From: Pseudolabrys sp. | Lineage (GTDB): Bacteria; Pseudomonadota; Alphaproteobacteria; Rhizobiales; Xanthobacteraceae | DNA: 60,751 bases | Direction of reading: 5' to 3' | Assembly (NCBI GenBank): GCA_035260465.1 | Contig: DATFVF010000083.1 | Coordinates: 1 to 60,751 of the forward strand | Part shown: in pieces, positions 51,668-60,751 of the stretch | Layout: the number at the start of each line of letters is the position of its first letter | How positions within the stretch are numbered: position 1 is the first letter of the stretch | Position numbers and translations under genes: made by a program | Notes under the pieces: model-generated | What the model was told of the DNA's origin: nothing | What the model saw: the letters and a program-made list of their open reading frames with translations, nothing else | Databases searched by the model: none

Positions 51668-52069
51668 ATGGCTAAGAAGGCACCGAATCCGATCGACAAG
51701 CACGTCGGCTCGCGCGTGCGTATGCGTCGGATGATGCTGAGCATGAGTCAGGAAAAGCTCGGCGACGCCCTCAGCCTCACGTTCCAGCAAGTCCAGAAAT
51801 ACGAAAAGGGTACCAACCGCATCGGCGCCAGCCGGTTGCAACAGATCGCCCAAATCCTGCAGGTGCCGGTCTCATTTTTCTTCGAGGGCGCGCCACATTC
51901 GCCGGGCCATTCCGGCGGTATGAGCGAGGCGCCATCGCCGGCCTACGTCGCCGACTTCCTCGCGACATCCGACGGTCTTTCTCTCACCAAGGCGTTTATG
52001 CGCATAAAGAATAGCAAGCTGCGCCGACGCATTGTCGATCTGGTCGAGCAGATCGCCGGAACTGAATGA
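51668..52069 (+). CDS. XRE-family helix-turn-helix transcriptional regulator
   Basis: MSQEKLG-LTFQQVQKYEKGTNRIGASRL; typical lnt-metK position. Confidence 0.93.
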   Translation: MAKKAPNPIDKHVGSRVRMRRMMLSMSQEKLGDALSLTFQQVQKYEKGTNRIGASRLQQIAQILQVPVSFFFEGAPHSPGHSGGMSEAPSPAYVADFLATSDGLSLTKAFMRIKNSKLRRRIVDLVEQIAGTE

Positions 52070-52210
52070 TTTAAGGAGTTCAATCCCAACGTTTTCGAGG
52101 CATCTGCCCACCGCTGCCCGCATCTTGACCTGCCTCGCCTCCACTGCAAGAACCACCCGGACCATGACACGACGCGGCAGCACGGCCGCGCCACTGGAGG
52201 AGTTGTAGCG

Positions 52211-53485
52211 GTGGCTCACACCAATTTTCTATTTACCAGCGAGTCGGTTTCTGAAGGCCATCCGGACAAGGTCTGCGATCAGATTTCCGATGCGGTGCTC
52301 GATGCGTTTCTCGAAAACGACATCAAACTCGGCATCGCCGATGACAGCCAGGTGAACACGCGGCTCGGCTGCGAAACGCTTGCCACCACCAATAAGATTG
52401 TCATCGCCGGCGAAGGCCGCGGACAGGCGCCACTTTTTCGTAAGCATGGCGACAAGGCCGTGGTCGATCGCGAGTTGATCACCAAGATCGCACGCGATGT
52501 GGTCAGGGACATCGGTTACGACCAGGATGGATTTTCCTATTACGGCGCCGACGTCGAAGTGCTGCTGCATGGCCAGTCGCCCGATATTGCGATGGGCGTG
52601 AACGCCAAGAAGAAAAAAGGCGGTGAGGAGGAAGGCGCTGGCGACCAGGGCATGATGTTCGGCTTCGCCTGCACTGAAAGCGAAGTCTACGAAAAGAACT
52701 CGTTCATGCCGGCGCCGATTTACTTCGCGCACAAGATCCTGAAAGTGCTTTCCGACAAACGCCGCAACGGCCAGCTTTACGACCTCCAGCCCGACGCCAA
52801 AAGCCAGGTCACCATCCGCTATGTCGACGGCAAACCCGTCGGCTGCACCAAGGTGGTCGTTTCCACACAGCACAATGCGCAGAGCCGCAATGGCAGAAAA
52901 TACACACCAGGCTTGATCAAAGAGATGATCTCCGACGCTGTGGAGTCGGCGTTGCCGAAGGGCTGGATGCCGCAGAGGCCATCAGACTTCCTGGTCAATC
53001 CGACCGGAAATTTCGTGATCGGCGGACCGGACGGCGACTGTGGCCTCACCGGCCGCAAGATTATCGTCGACACCTACGGCGGCTACGCGCCGCACGGGGG
53101 TGGCGCCTTCTCGGGCAAAGACCCGACCAAGGTCGACCGTTCGGCCGCCTATGCTGCGCGCTATCTCGCCAAAAATATCGTCGCCGCCGGCGTCGCGGAA
53201 CGCTGCACCATCCAGGTCGCCTACGCGATCGGAGTGGCGGATCCGATGTCGGTGCTGGTCGACACGCATGGCACCGGCAAAGTCGCGGAGAAGAAGCTCG
53301 AAAAGGTTTTGCCCGAACTCTTCCGCCTCACCCCGACCAATATCCGTAGGACCCTCAAGCTCAACCGGCCGATCTACAAGCGCACGGCAGCCTACGGCCA
53401 TTTTGGCCGCGCGCCCGACAAAGACGGCGGTTTCTCGTGGGAGAAGACTGACCTCGCTTCCGCAATCCGAAGCGCCGTGAAGTGA
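52211..53485 (+). CDS. metK: S-adenosylmethionine synthetase
   Basis: [25 protein letters not shown] and [12 protein letters not shown] start after GGAGG. Confidence 0.98.
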   Translation: MAHTNFLFTSESVSEGHPDKVCDQISDAVLDAFLENDIKLGIADDSQVNTRLGCETLATTNKIVIAGEGRGQAPLFRKHGDKAVVDRELITKIARDVVRDIGYDQDGFSYYGADVEVLLHGQSPDIAMGVNAKKKKGGEEEGAGDQGMMFGFACTESEVYEKNSFMPAPIYFAHKILKVLSDKRRNGQLYDLQPDAKSQVTIRYVDGKPVGCTKVVVSTQHNAQSRNGRKYTPGLIKEMISDAVESALPKGWMPQRPSDFLVNPTGNFVIGGPDGDCGLTGRKIIVDTYGGYAPHGGGAFSGKDPTKVDRSAAYAARYLAKNIVAAGVAERCTIQVAYAIGVADPMSVLVDTHGTGKVAEKKLEKVLPELFRLTPTNIRRTLKLNRPIYKRTAAYGHFGRAPDKDGGFSWEKTDLASAIRSAVK

Positions 53486-53526
53486 GCGGTGCCCTCTAAA
53501 TTCCCGTGCATGCGGGCATAAGTGGA

Positions 53527-53581
53527 GTCAATGGCCGGCCTTGTGCCGGCCATTCGCGTCTTCGATAGTCGATGCATGGAT
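53527..53581. repeat. Decayed GTCATG-type REP-like element overlapping the trmB start
   Basis: GTCA-ATGGCCGGC-CTTGT-GCCGGCCAT-TCGCGTC...GCATGGAT. Confidence 0.7.
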
Positions 53582-54271
53582 CCGAATTCGCCGGCATCTC
53601 AACGCGCTTTCTTTGGCCGCCGTAAGGGGCATCCGCTCAAGCCGCGCCAGCAGGCCCTGTTCGACGCCCTGCTGCCGCGGCTCGCACTCGATCTTGGCGC
53701 GCCCGCTCCGGTCAATCTGCGCACACTGTTCGCGATACCTGTCGACGATGTGCGGCTCGAAATCGGTTTTGGCGGCGCCGAGCATTTAATCGCGCAGGCG
53801 CGGGCACGTCCAACCACCGGCTTCATCGGCACCGATGCATTCGTCAACGCGATGGCCAAGGCACTGGTTGCGATCGAGGACAACGCACTGGCGAACATTC
53901 GCCTCTATTTCGGCGATGCCAGCGAATTGCTCGATTGGCTCCCCAATGCATCGCTTTCGCGAATCGATCTCCTTTATCCCGATCCGTGGCCGAAACGGCG
54001 GCATTGGAAACGCCGTTTCATTCAGGACGAAACCCTGGCCCGGCTCACGCGCCTTCTGAGGCAAGATGGCGAATTGCGCTTCGCCACCGATATTGCGGAC
54101 TATGCAGCCTATGCGTTGGCGCGCGTGCTGCGGTCGCCGGGTTTTGTCTGGACGGCGCAATGTGCAGACGACTGGCGCGAGCCTTGGCCGGATTTTGTCG
54201 AAACGCGCTACGAAGCGAAGGCAAAGCGCGAGGGGCGCCGCCCGACATATTTCATATTTCGACGCGTCTAA
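53576..54271 (+). CDS. trmB: tRNA (guanine-N7)-methyltransferase
   Basis: FFGRRKG, LEIGFGG, YPDPWPKRRHWKRR, FATD and TRYEAKA. Confidence 0.95.
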   Translation: MDPNSPASQRAFFGRRKGHPLKPRQQALFDALLPRLALDLGAPAPVNLRTLFAIPVDDVRLEIGFGGAEHLIAQARARPTTGFIGTDAFVNAMAKALVAIEDNALANIRLYFGDASELLDWLPNASLSRIDLLYPDPWPKRRHWKRRFIQDETLARLTRLLRQDGELRFATDIADYAAYALARVLRSPGFVWTAQCADDWREPWPDFVETRYEAKAKREGRRPTYFIFRRV

Positions 54272-55350
54272 CTATCACCAGTGCCTTGCCGTACCTGCCA
54301 GAAACGCACGACGCGCTGTGCAGTCGTTGCGGTCAGACGCTCGAAATTCTCGCGCGCAACGTCGAGCGTCTGAGGTGACGGCTTTGCGCCAGGCCGCGCG
54401 TTAAGTACCGCCTTCACTGTCGGCCAACTAAACCCGACCGCGCGGGCGAGGATCAGAACCGGATCGGCGCGCTCGCCATTCATAAGCCTGTCGACGACCT
54501 CGACCGGAACCGCACACAAAGTCGAGAGCGCGGCTATGGTTTCTTCGTACTTTCCAGCCTTGGCGAATTCGGCAATGTCGGCCTCACCGAGCTTGCGCTC
54601 TTTATGGAGGGCGCGCACGGCTGCAATTGCGGCGGTGTAATTTCGTGGCGCAGCCTTCGCAGCGACTTCATCGGTAACTTGCGCGAGAATGCGCCGGATT
54701 TCGGATTGGGTTTCCGGTTTGGCCTTCGCCAGCAAGCGTCTCTGCACCATTTCGCTCGCCTGCATCAGCAGTTGGCGGAACAGCCGCGGCGGAATGTCGG
54801 TACGCATCCCAACCTTCTCGGCCAGCACACCGTCCTCTTCAGCACGCTTTACCAGCGTAGTGAATGCGTTGACCGACAGCTGCGCATGTCGGTTGTTGGC
54901 AATCGTGCGCGCCACGTCGCGATCGCCCCGCTCGACCAAGATGTCCGACAGCGCTTCGCTGATCCGAAGCCGCGTCGACATGGCAAGCAGATGCGCCTGA
55001 CCTTTGGTTTCAGCAATGCGTAGCAAGTCGGGGTCGGGAAGTATGGCCTGCTTGAGCACGGGGCCCGCCACCGCGATGTCATCGTTCTTAGCAAGCACAC
55101 TGATCACGCCGGCCGGCGCATTCGGAATGGGTGCGATCCGGCGCGCGAGTTCCGCCAGCGCCTTGGCCTCGATCTCTACGACAAGGCAGCCGATAACGTC
55201 ATCGAACAGCGCGACATGTTCAGCGTTGAAGCCGGGGGCACCGTCAAGGAACAGGGTCGTAATGCGGCGCAATGTTTCGGCGCGCTTATCCGCCGACCCA
55301 TGCTGGACGACGTCTTCCAACTCGGGAAGCAGCGAGACGGGAACACCCAT
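54268..55350 (-). CDS. DUF2336 domain protein
   Basis: Helical-repeat protein with LAKNDDIAVAGPVL, HLLAMSTR...SDILVERGD and TAQRVVRFW. Confidence 0.85.
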   Translation of the reverse strand: MGVPVSLLPELEDVVQHGSADKRAETLRRITTLFLDGAPGFNAEHVALFDDVIGCLVVEIEAKALAELARRIAPIPNAPAGVISVLAKNDDIAVAGPVLKQAILPDPDLLRIAETKGQAHLLAMSTRLRISEALSDILVERGDRDVARTIANNRHAQLSVNAFTTLVKRAEEDGVLAEKVGMRTDIPPRLFRQLLMQASEMVQRRLLAKAKPETQSEIRRILAQVTDEVAAKAAPRNYTAAIAAVRALHKERKLGEADIAEFAKAGKYEETIAALSTLCAVPVEVVDRLMNGERADPVLILARAVGFSWPTVKAVLNARPGAKPSPQTLDVARENFERLTATTAQRVVRFWQVRQGTGDS

Positions 55351-55451
55351 ACGAAACCTTCAAAACGCTAAAAAATCTGACGAACCGGTGGTTTTACGCA
55401 AATTTAAGGGCAGATTCTGAAGGAAGGGTTAGTCGTTAACAGGGCGCCGCC

Positions 55452-55479
55452 CTTGCGCGGCTTCGCAAAATCGCTATAT
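55452..55479 (+). promoter_or_regulatory. sigma70 promoter of the rimP-nusA-infB operon
   Basis: CTTGCG...CTATAT, the alphaproteobacterial housekeeping pattern, about 80 nt before rimP. Confidence 0.65.
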
Positions 55480-55521
55480 TTCTCAACGTTACTAGACACC
55501 CTCATAACCGGATGGGTTTTG

Positions 55522-55552
55522 AGAGTGGGTCCCGCGGGGCCCGCTCTTTTTT
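55522..55552 (+). promoter_or_regulatory. rimP leader terminator/attenuator hairpin
   Basis: AGAGTGGGTCCC-GC-GGGGCCCGCTCT-TTTTT between the promoter and ATG 55561. Confidence 0.75.
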
Positions 55553-55560
55553 GTTACCAA

Positions 55561-56238
55561 ATGGCCTTAGACGACACGTTGCAGATCAATGCGGCTTCAA
55601 ATGCCGCGCCGAATGAACCGCGGCTCATCATCGAGCCGGGCTTGCCCGCGCGTGTTGCGGCCATTGCCGAGCCGGTGATCGAGCAGCTCGGTTACCGGCT
55701 GGTGCGGGTGCGTGTTTCCGCCGCCGAGGGCTGCACCGTCCAAATCATGGCGGAACGTGCAGACGGCAGCATGACGGTGGAAGATTGCGAGACGGTTTCT
55801 CGTGCGCTTTCGCCAGTGCTCGATATGGCTGATCCAATCGAGCGCGCCTATCGGCTGGAGATTTCCTCGCCTGGCATTGACCGGCCGCTGGTACGCAAAT
55901 CGGATTTCGAACGCTACACCGGCCATCTGGTCAAGGTCGAAATGGAAATTCCGATCAATGGCCGCAAGCGTTTCCGTGGGGAGCTCGTCGGCACCGAAGG
56001 CGATGATGCACGCATTCGCCGCGACGACGCCGTGGAAGGCGAAGAGGCGGAGGTCCAGCTCCCTATCGATGAAATGAGCGAAGCCAAGCTCGTGCTCACC
56101 GACGAGCTGGTGACCGAAGCTTTACGACGAGAAAAGTCCGCAAAGCGCGAAGCACGCGAAGCGCGGAAGGAAGAACGACGAGTAGAGAAACAATCACGGC
56201 ACCGGCCACGGAGGCCTGCCGCCAGAGGAGGAGAGTGA
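55561..56238 (+). CDS. rimP: Ribosome maturation factor RimP
   Basis: [21 protein letters not shown] and GRKRFRG. Confidence 0.96.
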   Translation: MALDDTLQINAASNAAPNEPRLIIEPGLPARVAAIAEPVIEQLGYRLVRVRVSAAEGCTVQIMAERADGSMTVEDCETVSRALSPVLDMADPIERAYRLEISSPGIDRPLVRKSDFERYTGHLVKVEMEIPINGRKRFRGELVGTEGDDARIRRDDAVEGEEAEVQLPIDEMSEAKLVLTDELVTEALRREKSAKREAREARKEERRVEKQSRHRPRRPAARGGE

Positions 56239-56241
56239 GCT

Positions 56242-57852
56242 ATGGCTGTTAGCGCCAACCGGCTCGAGCTTTTGCAGATCGCCGACGCCGTCGCCCGTGA
56301 AAAGGCGATTGACCGTGGCATCGTGATCGCGGCGATGGAAGACGCCATCGCCAAGGCGGCGCGTTCGCGCTACGGCGCGGAAACCGACGTGCACGCCGAG
56401 ATTGAGCCAAAAACTGGCGATCTCCGCCTCACCCGCCACATGCTGGTGGTCGAGGCGGTCGAGAACCCATCCAACCAAATCACGCTCGAAGAGGCGCGCA
56501 AGCGACATCCGGCCGCGCAAGTGGGCGACACGATAGCCGATCCGCTACCGCCGCTCGAATACGGCCGCATCGCCGCGCAGTCCGCAAAGCAGGTGATCGT
56601 GCAGAAAGTGCGCGAGGCAGAACGCGACCGGCAATATGCCGAATACAAGGATCGCATCGGCGATATCGTCAACGGCATCGTCAAGCGTGTTGAGTACGGC
56701 AACGTGGTGGTCGATCTCGGCCGCGGCGAAGCGATCGTGCGCCGCGACGAATTATTGCCGCGTGAAGTGTTCCGTAACGGCGATCGTATCCGCGCCTATA
56801 TCTACGACGTGCGGCGTGAACCGCGCGGCCCACAAATTTTTCTGTCACGCACGCACCCCCAATTCACGTCCAAGCTGTTCGCACAGGAAGTGCCGGAAAT
56901 TTACGACGGCATTGTCGAAGTCAAGGCTGTTGCGCGCGACCCTGGATCACGCGCGAAAATAGCCGTGATCTCGCGCGATTCCTCGGTCGATCCGGTCGGG
57001 GCCTGCGTCGGCATGCGCGGCTCGCGTGTGCAGGCGGTGGTGAACGAATTGCAAGGCGAGAAGATCGACATCATTCCGTGGTCGCCGGACATCGCCACAT
57101 TCGTGGTGAACGCGCTGGCGCCAGCGGAAGTCGCCAAGGTCGTGCTCGACGAAGACAGGGAGCGCATCGAGGTCGTGGTGCCGGACCAGCAGCTGTCGCT
57201 GGCCATCGGACGCCGCGGACAGAATGTGCGGCTTGCGTCTCAACTTACCGGGTGGGACATCGATATCCTGACCGAACAGGAAGAGTCCGAACGTCGTCAG
57301 GCAGAATTCGAAAACCGCACCAAGATTTTCGTCGAAGCGCTCAATCTCGACGAAGTAGTTGGGCAACTGCTCGCCTCCGAAGGTTTCGGTTCGATCGAAG
57401 AGCTTTCGCTGGTGGACGAAAAGGAAATCGCCAGCATTGAGGGTTTCGACGCCGACACTGCCCGCGAGCTCCAGGAGCGCGCCAAAGAATATCTCGACAA
57501 GCAGGAAGCAGAGCTCGACGCCAAGCGTGTTGAACTTGGCGTTGCAGATGAACTCAAGGACGTGGCTGGCGTCACCACCAAGATGCTCGTTGCCCTAGGC
57601 GAGAACGGGGTGAAGACGATCGAGGATCTTGCCGGTTGTGCGACCGACGATCTCACCGGCTGGACTGAGCGCAAGGACGGCGAGTCTAAGCACGAGCCGG
57701 GCTTCCTCGACGGCTTCGACATTTCGCGCGAGGACGCCGAGAACATGATCATGCAGGCACGTTTGAAGGCTGGTTGGGTAACGGAGGCAGAGCTTGCGCC
57801 ACCGCCGGCCCCCGAAGCGGCGCCTGAAGAAGCGACGCAGCCGCAGGCATAA
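56242..57852 (+). CDS. nusA: Transcription termination/antitermination factor NusA
   Basis: GRIAAQSAKQV, ARDPGSRAK, DPVGACVGMRGSR and LAIGRRGQNVRLA. Confidence 0.98.
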   Translation: MAVSANRLELLQIADAVAREKAIDRGIVIAAMEDAIAKAARSRYGAETDVHAEIEPKTGDLRLTRHMLVVEAVENPSNQITLEEARKRHPAAQVGDTIADPLPPLEYGRIAAQSAKQVIVQKVREAERDRQYAEYKDRIGDIVNGIVKRVEYGNVVVDLGRGEAIVRRDELLPREVFRNGDRIRAYIYDVRREPRGPQIFLSRTHPQFTSKLFAQEVPEIYDGIVEVKAVARDPGSRAKIAVISRDSSVDPVGACVGMRGSRVQAVVNELQGEKIDIIPWSPDIATFVVNALAPAEVAKVVLDEDRERIEVVVPDQQLSLAIGRRGQNVRLASQLTGWDIDILTEQEESERRQAEFENRTKIFVEALNLDEVVGQLLASEGFGSIEELSLVDEKEIASIEGFDADTARELQERAKEYLDKQEAELDAKRVELGVADELKDVAGVTTKMLVALGENGVKTIEDLAGCATDDLTGWTERKDGESKHEPGFLDGFDISREDAENMIMQARLKAGWVTEAELAPPPAPEAAPEEATQPQA

Positions 57853-57870
57853 AGGAGAACGGCAGTAGCA

Positions 57871-58557
57871 ATGCTTGCAGTTGCGCAGGACAATGAACTC
57901 GACCGCGGGGCAACCAAAGTCGCCCCGGAGACGGAGCGCACCTGCGCGCTCACCCGCGAACTTAAACCGGTGGCGGAAATGATCCGCTTCGTCGTGGGGC
58001 CAGCCGGCGACGCTGTGCCGGACGTCAAGCGCAAACTGCCCGGTCGTGGCATTTGGATCACGGCTACTCGGGCGGCGATAGAGGATGCGGCCAAACGCAA
58101 CGTCTTCGCCCGCGGTTTCAAGCGCGAGGTTCGCGTCGGCGGCGATCTGGCGGCGCAAACCGAGAAGCTCATCGAAAGCGCCGCACTCGACGCTCTGGCA
58201 ATTGCCGGCAAAGCCGGCACGGTGGTCAGCGGTTTTTCCAAGGTTGAAGCGGCGCTCGGCCAGGATAGCATTCTCGCGCTGATCCACGCCGCTGATGCCA
58301 GCGACGATGGCAAGCGCAAGCTGGCGGGCGCTTTGCGCCGCAATACGGTCGGAAAATCGCGGGAAATCGCGATGATCGATGCCTTTACCGGCGCCCAATT
58401 GGATTTGGCACTCAACCGTCCAAATGTGGTACATGCAGCCCTGCTTGCCGGACCGGGAAGCGATACTTTTCTTACGCGTGCCGCGCGTTTGACACGCTTT
58501 CGGACCGGATTTTCGCCCGATGCAGTTAGCGCGCATGCGCCGACGGAAGGCGCATAA
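57871..58557 (+). CDS. YlxR (DUF448) + L7Ae-like RNA-binding protein
   Basis: [13 protein letters not shown] and LPGRGIW; lies between nusA and infB. Confidence 0.9.
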   Translation: MLAVAQDNELDRGATKVAPETERTCALTRELKPVAEMIRFVVGPAGDAVPDVKRKLPGRGIWITATRAAIEDAAKRNVFARGFKREVRVGGDLAAQTEKLIESAALDALAIAGKAGTVVSGFSKVEAALGQDSILALIHAADASDDGKRKLAGALRRNTVGKSREIAMIDAFTGAQLDLALNRPNVVHAALLAGPGSDTFLTRAARLTRFRTGFSPDAVSAHAPTEGA

Positions 58558-58571
58558 GGACACAGTACGGA

Positions 58572-60751
58572 ATGAGCGAAACGAAGAACCCTGGCGAAAA
58601 GAAACTGAGCGTCTCTGGCAAGACGCTGACGCTCAAGCCGCGCGCCGAAACGGGTGTGGTACGGCAGAGCTTCAGCCATGGCCGCAGCAAGCAGGTCGTG
58701 GTCGAAAAGGTCAAACGCCGCTTCTCCGGTGGACCGGGTGAAGCCAAGCCCGAACCCGCACCCCCCGTAGAAACAAAAAAGGCGCCCGCTGGGAAGGTGA
58801 AGGCAGCGCCGGCCGCCCCCACAGGATTGGCGCAAGCAGAGCCGAAGCAAAAGCCGTCGGGCGTTGTGCTGCGTACGCTTACCGAAGAAGAACGTAGCGC
58901 GCGCGCACATGCACTTGCAGACTCGCGCGTACGCGAGGCCGAAGAACGCAAGATTGCCGAAGAGGAAGCGCGCCGCCGTGCCAGCCGTGAATCGGTTGAT
59001 CGTAGCGAGCGCGAAGCCGCCGATGCGCGCAAGCGCGATGAAGAAGATCGTCGCAAACACGACGAAGAGTCCAAACGCAAGGCCGGCGAAGTCGCCAAGA
59101 AACGTTTTGGCGTCGAAGAAACTCCGCGCACCGGGCCTGGTGCCCGCCTCGCGCTTGAGGCCGACGAAGAAGAAGCCCCGCGTCCCCGCCGGCCCGGCGC
59201 GGCGCGTACGCCCGCCGCACCTCGCCCCGCTCCGCGCGCTGGCGTCGAGAAACAGCGCGGCCGCCTTACGCTCGTCACTGCGCTGCGCGCCGACGAGGTC
59301 CGTGAGCGCTCAGTTGCTTCATTCCGACGCCGTACCCAGCGACTCAAGGGGGCTGCCTCCAATGAGCCAAAAGAAAAGCTGGTCCGCGAGGTCACTATTC
59401 CCGAGGCGATCACCATTCAGGATCTCGCAAACCGGATGTCGGAACGCGCGGTCGATGTGATCCGGCTCCTCATGAAGCAAGGCCAGATGGTCACGATCAA
59501 CGACGTGATCGACGCCGATACCGCACAACTCATTGCCGAGGAAATGGGCCACAGCGTGCAACGTGTGGCGGAAGCCGACGTGGAAGAGGGTCTGTTCGAC
59601 GTAGCCGACGATCCGGCGCAGACCGAGCCCCGCGCTCCTGTGGTCACCGTCATGGGCCATGTCGACCACGGCAAAACCTCGCTGCTTGACGCTATCCGAT
59701 CGAGCGACGTGGCCGCGGGCGAAGCCGGCGGAATCACGCAACATATCGGCGCGTATCAGGTCACAGCGCCGTCCGGTGCCAAGATTACATTCATCGATAC
59801 GCCCGGCCACGCTGCCTTCACGGCGATGCGTGCACGCGGCGCCAAAGTCACGGATATCGTCGTGCTGGTGGTCGCTGCCGATGACGGTGTGATGCCGCAG
59901 ACGATCGAAGCCATCCACCACGCCAAAGCCGCGAAGGTGCCGATCATCGTTGCCATCAACAAGATCGACAAACCCGACGCCAAACCGGACCGCGTGCGCA
60001 CAGACCTGCTGCAACATGAGATCCAGGTTGAATCGATGGGCGGCGAAGTTGTGGATGTGGAAGTGTCCGCCACCAAGAAGACGAACATCGACAAGCTGCT
60101 CGAAATGCTCGGCTTGCAGGCGGAAATCCTCGACCTCAAGGCCAATCCAAATCGTCCGGCCGAAGGTACCGTGATCGAGGCCAAGCTCGACCGCGGTCGC
60201 GGACCGGTGGCAACCGTGCTGATCCAGCGCGGCACCCTGCGCGTCGGCGATCTCGTGGTGGCCGGCGCCGAATGGGGCCGCGTCCGCGCCTTGGTGTCCG
60301 ACACCGGTGCACCGATCGATACGGCCGGACCGTCAACGCCCGTCGAGGTGCTCGGTTTCTCCGGAACGCCTGACGCAGGCGATCGCCTGGCCGTGGTCGA
60401 CAGCGAAGCACGCGCCCGCGAAGTCACCGATTACCGTGCACGGCAAAAGCGCGAAAAAACCGCCGCGCGGGCAACCGGCATGCGCGGTTCGCTCGAGCAG
60501 ATGATGGCGCAAGCCAAGACGTCTGGCCGCAAGGAATTCCCGCTGGTGATCAAGGCCGACGTGCAAGGCTCGCTGGAAGCCATCATTGGTGCTCTCGACA
60601 AGCTTGGCACCGAAGAGGTCGCTGCGCGCGTGTTGCACGCGGGCGTCGGTGGCATTTCGGAATCAGATGTGACCCTCGCCGAAGCGTCGGGCGTTCCGAT
60701 CATCGCGTTCAATGTGCGCGCCAACAAGGAAGCGCGCGAAGCGGCCGAACG
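58572..60751 (+). CDS. infB: Translation initiation factor IF-2 (3' end beyond the window)
   Basis: Hand translation [13 protein letters not shown]...[11 protein letters not shown], then [32 protein letters not shown] and INKID. No stop codon, so absent from the ORF track. Confidence 0.97.
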   Translation, partial: MSETKNPGEKKLSVSGKTLTLKPRAETGVVRQSFSHGRSKQVVVEKVKRRFSGGPGEAKPEPAPPVETKKAPAGKVKAAPAAPTGLAQAEPKQKPSGVVLRTLTEEERSARAHALADSRVREAEERKIAEEEARRRASRESVDRSEREAADARKRDEEDRRKHDEESKRKAGEVAKKRFGVEETPRTGPGARLALEADEEEAPRPRRPGAARTPAAPRPAPRAGVEKQRGRLTLVTALRADEVRERSVASFRRRTQRLKGAASNEPKEKLVREVTIPEAITIQDLANRMSERAVDVIRLLMKQGQMVTINDVIDADTAQLIAEEMGHSVQRVAEADVEEGLFDVADDPAQTEPRAPVVTVMGHVDHGKTSLLDAIRSSDVAAGEAGGITQHIGAYQVTAPSGAKITFIDTPGHAAFTAMRARGAKVTDIVVLVVAADDGVMPQTIEAIHHAKAAKVPIIVAINKIDKPDAKPDRVRTDLLQHEIQVESMGGEVVDVEVSATKKTNIDKLLEMLGLQAEILDLKANPNRPAEGTVIEAKLDRGRGPVATVLIQRGTLRVGDLVVAGAEWGRVRALVSDTGAPIDTAGPSTPVEVLGFSGTPDAGDRLAVVDSEARAREVTDYRARQKREKTAARATGMRGSLEQMMAQAKTSGRKEFPLVIKADVQGSLEAIIGALDKLGTEEVAARVLHAGVGGISESDVTLAEASGVPIIAFNVRANKEAREAAE

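Noticed and set aside
52070-52210. SAM riboswitch upstream of metK
   Set aside because: No SAM-II or SAM-SAH consensus recognisable; only a promoter-like TTGACC and a short hairpin.
57297-59416. 587-aa and 296-aa minus-strand ORFs
   Set aside because: Antisense shadows of nusA, ylxR and infB with low-complexity Ser/Ala/Arg composition.

Overview
GC-rich chromosomal window from an alphaproteobacterium. Gene content, gene order and repeat families point to Hyphomicrobiales, probably Xanthobacteraceae/Nitrobacteraceae-like (inference). Most of it is core genome: rpsT-dnaA-dnaN-recF-(small ORF, ClC)-gyrB, then the conserved run murJ-trpS-usp-nfu-tsaB-rimI-fur-plsC-miaB-phoH-ybeY-corC-lnt-HTH-metK-trmB-DUF2336-rimP-nusA-ylxR-infB (infB is cut by the window end). 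One tRNA-Arg(CCG) is present. I see no integrase, transposase, phage gene or CRISPR array. Most notable: (1) a sulfur module in which the ATP sulfurylase GTPase subunit CysN is fused to a [4Fe-4S]-type APS reductase (CysH) instead of the usual APS kinase (CysC), divergent from a NitT/TauT ABC importer; (2) at the left edge, a near-consensus sigma70 promoter, overlapped by a direct repeat, firing into an ORF-less, highly structured GC-rich segment (candidate large ncRNA, truncated); (3) a Rieske oxygenase plus glutamine-synthetase-like ligase, with an alpha/beta hydrolase further downstream, suggesting gamma-glutamylation-dependent aromatic-amine catabolism; (4) several families of palindromic REP-like repeats; (5) EcfG-type promoters in front of three small uncharacterised proteins; (6) an HtrA-like protein lacking its catalytic triad. 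All calls come from reading the sequence by eye. No database search was run, and several start codons are best guesses.
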